Shown: positions 58,094-64,000 of the stretch, in pieces
Numbering within the stretch: the stretch's first letter is position 1
Layout of the letters: each line of letters starts with the position of its first letter
DNA from: the human T2T-CHM13v2.0 reference genome, Homo sapiens
Direction: 5' to 3' (one strand)
Length of the DNA: 64,000 nucleotides
Assembly: GCF_009914755.1 (NCBI RefSeq)
Contig: NC_060948.1
Notes under the pieces: model-generated
The model's database searches: none
What the model was told of the DNA's origin: nothing
The model's input: only the letters and a program-made list of their open reading frames with translations
Program-made: the position numbers and the translations under genes

Positions 58094-60221
58094 AGATCCA
58101 TATTTTTTAAATGAAAAAAAATTTCAAAGGTACTCTGCTTAGTACAATAATCAAATATATAAACTGAGGAACAAAACATAACCATGAAACCTACTTATAA
58201 CTGCATATGGAAAATACAGAGGATAATTTTTTAAATAACATAGTTTGAAAGCCTTAACTAGTAATTTGAAGAGTTGGCATTTGAAAGGCCAGTATGAATA
58301 TACCTTCAAAGCAGCAACACAGGTTCCCCATGAGAAAAAGCAAACTCAGGGAAAATAAAACCACAAAGGTTCAATCTCTTCTGACCTTTGAAAGACACAG
58401 CACAGACAGTGGTCCTTAGGACGAAGAGCAGGAGACCCCTAATTCCGTCACCATGGCGATAGGGCATAAACATTGCTGGGTGAGGGCACAATCCACATTG
58501 TGAGGTCCAACTGCTGCCAGGAAGACACGAGTGCTTTTACATAGACCGAAAGGTCATTGAAGGCTCAGAGTTTTGTTTCAAGAACTGAATCCCAAACCCA
58601 CACGTTATTAGGCTGCGCTTCTTAAAACAAGTTATGAGATGGGAAAAAGGGCACCCACAAACATACGTATACATTATGTATATAATAATATACAGTATCA
58701 TATATATAATATATATAACCTATGTATAATATTCTTTTACATCCTGCATCTTATATTATATATATTGTATAAAATATAATAATTGATAATATATAAGTTT
58801 TATATTTATACAATAAGACATATAGTATATATTATAATTTATGACATATATAATATATGTTATATATCATATATAGAATATATTATACGGTTAATATACG
58901 TATTAAATATAAATTATACATTATATATATTATATATAATATATCTGTTATATATAATACCCATTATGCATAATATATATATTATGTCTATGTTATATAT
59001 AGTATAAAACAACATATAATAATATATAATTGTATATAGAAAACGTGACATATAATATATATTATATTTTATGACATATGTAATATATATTATATATTAT
59101 ATAAAATACGTTGTATGTATAATACCTATATTAAATATATATTATATGACTATGTTATTAATTACATGTCACATATGTTATATATTATATATTTTACATA
59201 GAATATACCGGTTACATACAATATATACTATGTTACCTATAATGTATAATTGATTACATGTAAAATAAAGAATGCAATATATTATGTATAATTTATAATA
59301 TACAATATGTGGAATGTGATATATATAACATATAATATATGATATATGATATACAGTATATGATAATTAACATACAATATATGATACCTAATATATATGG
59401 TATACAATATATATTTTATGATATGTATTCTATATGTTTTATATTCTGTTATATATAACTATTTGAAATTATATATAACTGTATAATATTTTATGTAAAT
59501 ATGTAATATAATATATATAACTATATAATATATTATATATAAGTATATATTATGTTATATATACTTTTATAACATAATTTGCATAAAATATCATAATATA
59601 ATATATATTATATTATTTCACATTACATAATATATATTACATATCACCCAATATAAGTAACATACATAATATTATAATATAGATTATATTATGTTATATT
59701 AAATATCATTTATATCATGTATCATATATCCTATAATATATATTACACATTATATAATATGTATGTTGTCTACTATGTGATATATATAACTATATATATA
59801 ATTATATTATTATACATATAACTAGATAAACATGTAATTCTACATAATTTCATTTATAATATATAGAATTATATAATCATATATAATTATTTATATTCTA
59901 TAAAAAATTATATCATTATATAAATTATAATATAAAAAAATTATAATATGTACTACAAATATATATATTATATATCATATATGATATAGTACCTTTGTTA
60001 TATATCATAATACATATAAATGTGTATTATGTTATCTATAATTATATAATTTCATATATAAGTTGTATAATATGTATTATATATTGTCTATGTTATGTAA
60101 TATATATAGTATATATAAGCTGACACAGGATAAATATTATATACTATGACATATAAAATATATGAGGTTATATGTTACATATAAGGCATAGCACATAACA
60201 TGTAATATATATCATATATAA

Positions 60222-60513
60222 TTTTTTTTTAGACAGAGACTTGTCCTGTTGCACAGGGTGGAGTACAATGCCGCCAACTTTGCTCACTGCAACATCTGCC
60301 TCACGGGTCCAAGCGATTGTCCTCCCTCAGCCTCCCAGGTAGCTGGGACTACACCACACTGGGACTACAGCAGCTGCCACCATGCCTAGCTAATTTTTTG
60401 GATTTTTAGTAGTGACAGCGTTTCACTGTATTGGCCAGGATGGTCTTGATCTCTTCACCTTGTGATCCCCTTGCCTTGGCCTCCAAATTTGCTGGGATTA
60501 CAGGCCTGAGCCA
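60222..60513 (-). mobile_element. DYZ2-embedded Alu
   Basis: Copy of 2189-2480. Confidence 0.9.
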
Positions 60514-62625
60514 AGATCCATATTTTTTAAATGAAAAAAAATTTCAAAGGTACTCTGCTTGGTACAATAATCAAATGTATAAACTGAGGAATAAAACATA
60601 ACCATGAAACCTACTTATAACTGCATATGGAAAATACAGAGGATAATTTTTTAAATAACATATTTTGAAAGCCTTAACTAGTAATTTGAAGAGTTGGCAT
60701 TTGAAAGGCCAGTATGAATATACCTTCAAAGCAGCAACACAGGTTCCCCATGAGAAAAAGCAAACTCAGGGAAAATAAAACCACAAAGGTTCAATCTCTT
60801 CTGACCTTTGAAAGACACAGCACAGACAGTGGTCCTTAGGACGAAGAGCAGGAGACCCCTAATTCCGTCACCATGGCGATAGGGCATAAACATTGCTGGG
60901 TGAGGGCACAATCCACATTGTGAGGTCCAACTGCTGCCAGGAAGACAGGAGTGCTTTTACATAGACCGAAACGTCATTGAAGGCTCAGAGTTTTCTTTCA
61001 AGAACTGAATCCCAAGTCCACACGTTATTAGGCTGCGCTTCTTAAAACAAGTTATGAGATGGGAAAAAGGGCACCCACAAACATACGTAAACATTATGTA
61101 TATAATAATATACAGTATCATATATATAATATATATAACCTATGTATAATATTGTTTTGCATCCTGCATCTTATATTATATATATTGTATAAAATATAAT
61201 AATTGATAATATATAAGTTCAATATTTATACAATATGACATATAGTATATATTATAATTTATGACATATATAATATATGTTATATATCATATATAGAATA
61301 TATTATACGGTTAATATATGTATTAAATATAAATTATACATTATATATATTATATATAATATATCTTTTATATATAATACCCATTATGCATAATATATAT
61401 ATTATGTCTATGTTATATATAGTATAAAACAACATATAATAATATATAATTGTATATATAAAATGCGACATATAATATATATTATATTTTATGACATATG
61501 TAATATATATTATATATTATATATAATACGTTGTATGTATAATACCTATATTAAATATATATTATATGACTATGTTATTAATTAAATGTCACATGTGTTA
61601 TATATTATATATTTTACATAGAATATACCGGTTACATACAATATATACTATGTTACCTGTAATGTATAATTTATTACATGTAAAATAAAGAATGCAATAT
61701 ATTATGTAAAATTTATAATATACAATATGTGGAATGTGATATATATAACATATAATATATGATATATGATATATGATATACAGTATATGATATATAACAT
61801 ACAATATATGATACCTAATATATATGATATACAATATATATTTTATGATATGTATTCTCTATGTTTTATATTCTGTTATATATAACTATTTGAAATTATA
61901 TATAACTGTATAATATTTTATGTAAATATGTAATATAATATATATAACTATATAATATATTATATATAACTATATATTATGTTATATATACTTTTATAAC
62001 ATAATTTACATAAAATATCATAATATAATATATATTATATTATTTCATATTACATAATATATATTACATATCACCCAATATAAGTAACATACATAATATT
62101 ATAATATAGATTATGTTATGTTATATTAAATATCATATATATCATGTATCATATATTCTATAATATATATTATACATTATATAATATGTATGTTGTCTAT
62201 TATGTGATATATATAACTATATATATAATTACATTATTATACATATAACTAGATAAACATGTAATTTTACATATTTTCATTTATAATATATAGAATTATA
62301 TAATCATATATAATTATTTATATTCAATAAAATATTATATCATTATATAAATTATAATATATAAAAATTATAATATGTACTACAAATATATATATTATAT
62401 ATCATATATGATATAGTACCTTTGTTATATTTCATAATACATATAAATGTGTATTATGTTATCTATAATTATATAATTACATATATAAGGTGTATAATAT
62501 GTATCATATATTATATATGTTATGTAATATATATAGTATATATAAGATGACACAGGATAAATATTATATACTATGACATATAAAATATATGAGGTTATAT
62601 GTTACATATAAGGCATAGCACATAA

Positions 62626-62940
<315 letters not shown>

Positions 62941-64000
62941 AGATCCATATTTTTTAAATGAAAAAAAATTTCAAAGGTACTCTGCTTGGTACAATAATCA
63001 AATGTATAAACTGAGGAATAAAACATAACCATGAAACCTACTTATAACTGCATATGGAAAATACAGAGGATAATTTTTTAAATAACATATTTTGAAAGCC
63101 TTAACTAGTAATTTGAAGAGTTGGCATTTGAAAGGCCAGTATGAATATACCTTCAAAGCAGCAACACAGGTTCCCCATGAGAAAAAGCAAACACAGGGAA
63201 AATAAAAACACAAAGGTTCAATCTCTTCTGACCTTTGAAAGACACAGCACAGACAGTGGTCCTTAGGACGAAGAGCAGGAGACCCCTAATTCCGTCACCA
63301 TGGCGATAGGGCATAAACATTGCTGGGTGAGGGCACAATCCACATTGTGAGGTCCAACTGCTGCCAGGAAGACAGGAGTGCTTTTACATAGACCGAAAGG
63401 TCATTGAAGGCTCAGAGTTTTGTTTCAAGAACTGAATCCCAAGCCCATACGTTATTAGGCTGCGCTTCTTAAAACAAGTTATGAGATGGGAAAAAGGGCA
63501 CCCACAAACATACGTATACATTATGTATATAATAATATACAGTATCATATATATACTATATATAACCTATGTATAATATTGTTTTACATCCTGCATCTTA
63601 TGTTATATATATTGTATAAAATATAATAATTGATAATATATGTTTTATAAATATACAATATGACATATAGTATATATTATAATTTATGACATATATAATA
63701 TATGTTATATGTCATATATAGAATATATTATACGGTTAATATACGTATTAAATATAAATTATACATTATATATATTATATATAATATATCTGTTATATAT
63801 AATACCCATTATGCATAATATATATATTATGTCTATGTTATATATAGTATAAAACAACATATAATAATATATAATTGTATATATAAAATGCGACATATAA
63901 TATATATTATATTTTATAACATATGTAATATATATTATATATTATATATAATATGTTGTATGTATAATACCTATATTAAATATATATTATATGACTATGT

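Overview
The whole 64 kb window is one uninterrupted head-to-tail satellite array of about 26.5 copies of a ~2,420 bp unit, all in one orientation (periods 2,412-2,427 bp, read from the spacing of a recurring ORF). Each unit has three parts: a moderately GC-rich HSATI-like segment (~570 bp), a ~1.55 kb extremely AT-rich segment, and a diverged minus-strand Alu (~290 bp). This matches human DYZ2/HSat1B, most likely from Yq12 heterochromatin, and the predicted 2,146 bp HaeIII fragment fits the classical 2.1 kb DYZ2 band. I see no credible gene and no evidence of a new biological system. The informative signal is in the unit-to-unit variants, read by eye: nested trimer and dimer duplications, monomer clades, chimeric units with mappable switch points, long-range shared haplotypes and clustered substitutions. 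Unit starts used (at 'ttcacc'): U1 1, U2 2421, U3 4841, U4 7254, U5 9674, U6 12094, U7 14514, U8 16931, U9 19350, U10 21767, U11 24187, U12 26608, U13 29029, U14 31449, U15 33869, U16 36281, U17 38701, U18 41121, U19 43535, U20 45949, U21 48364, U22 50778, U23 53194, U24 55614, U25 58034, U26 60454, U27 62881.
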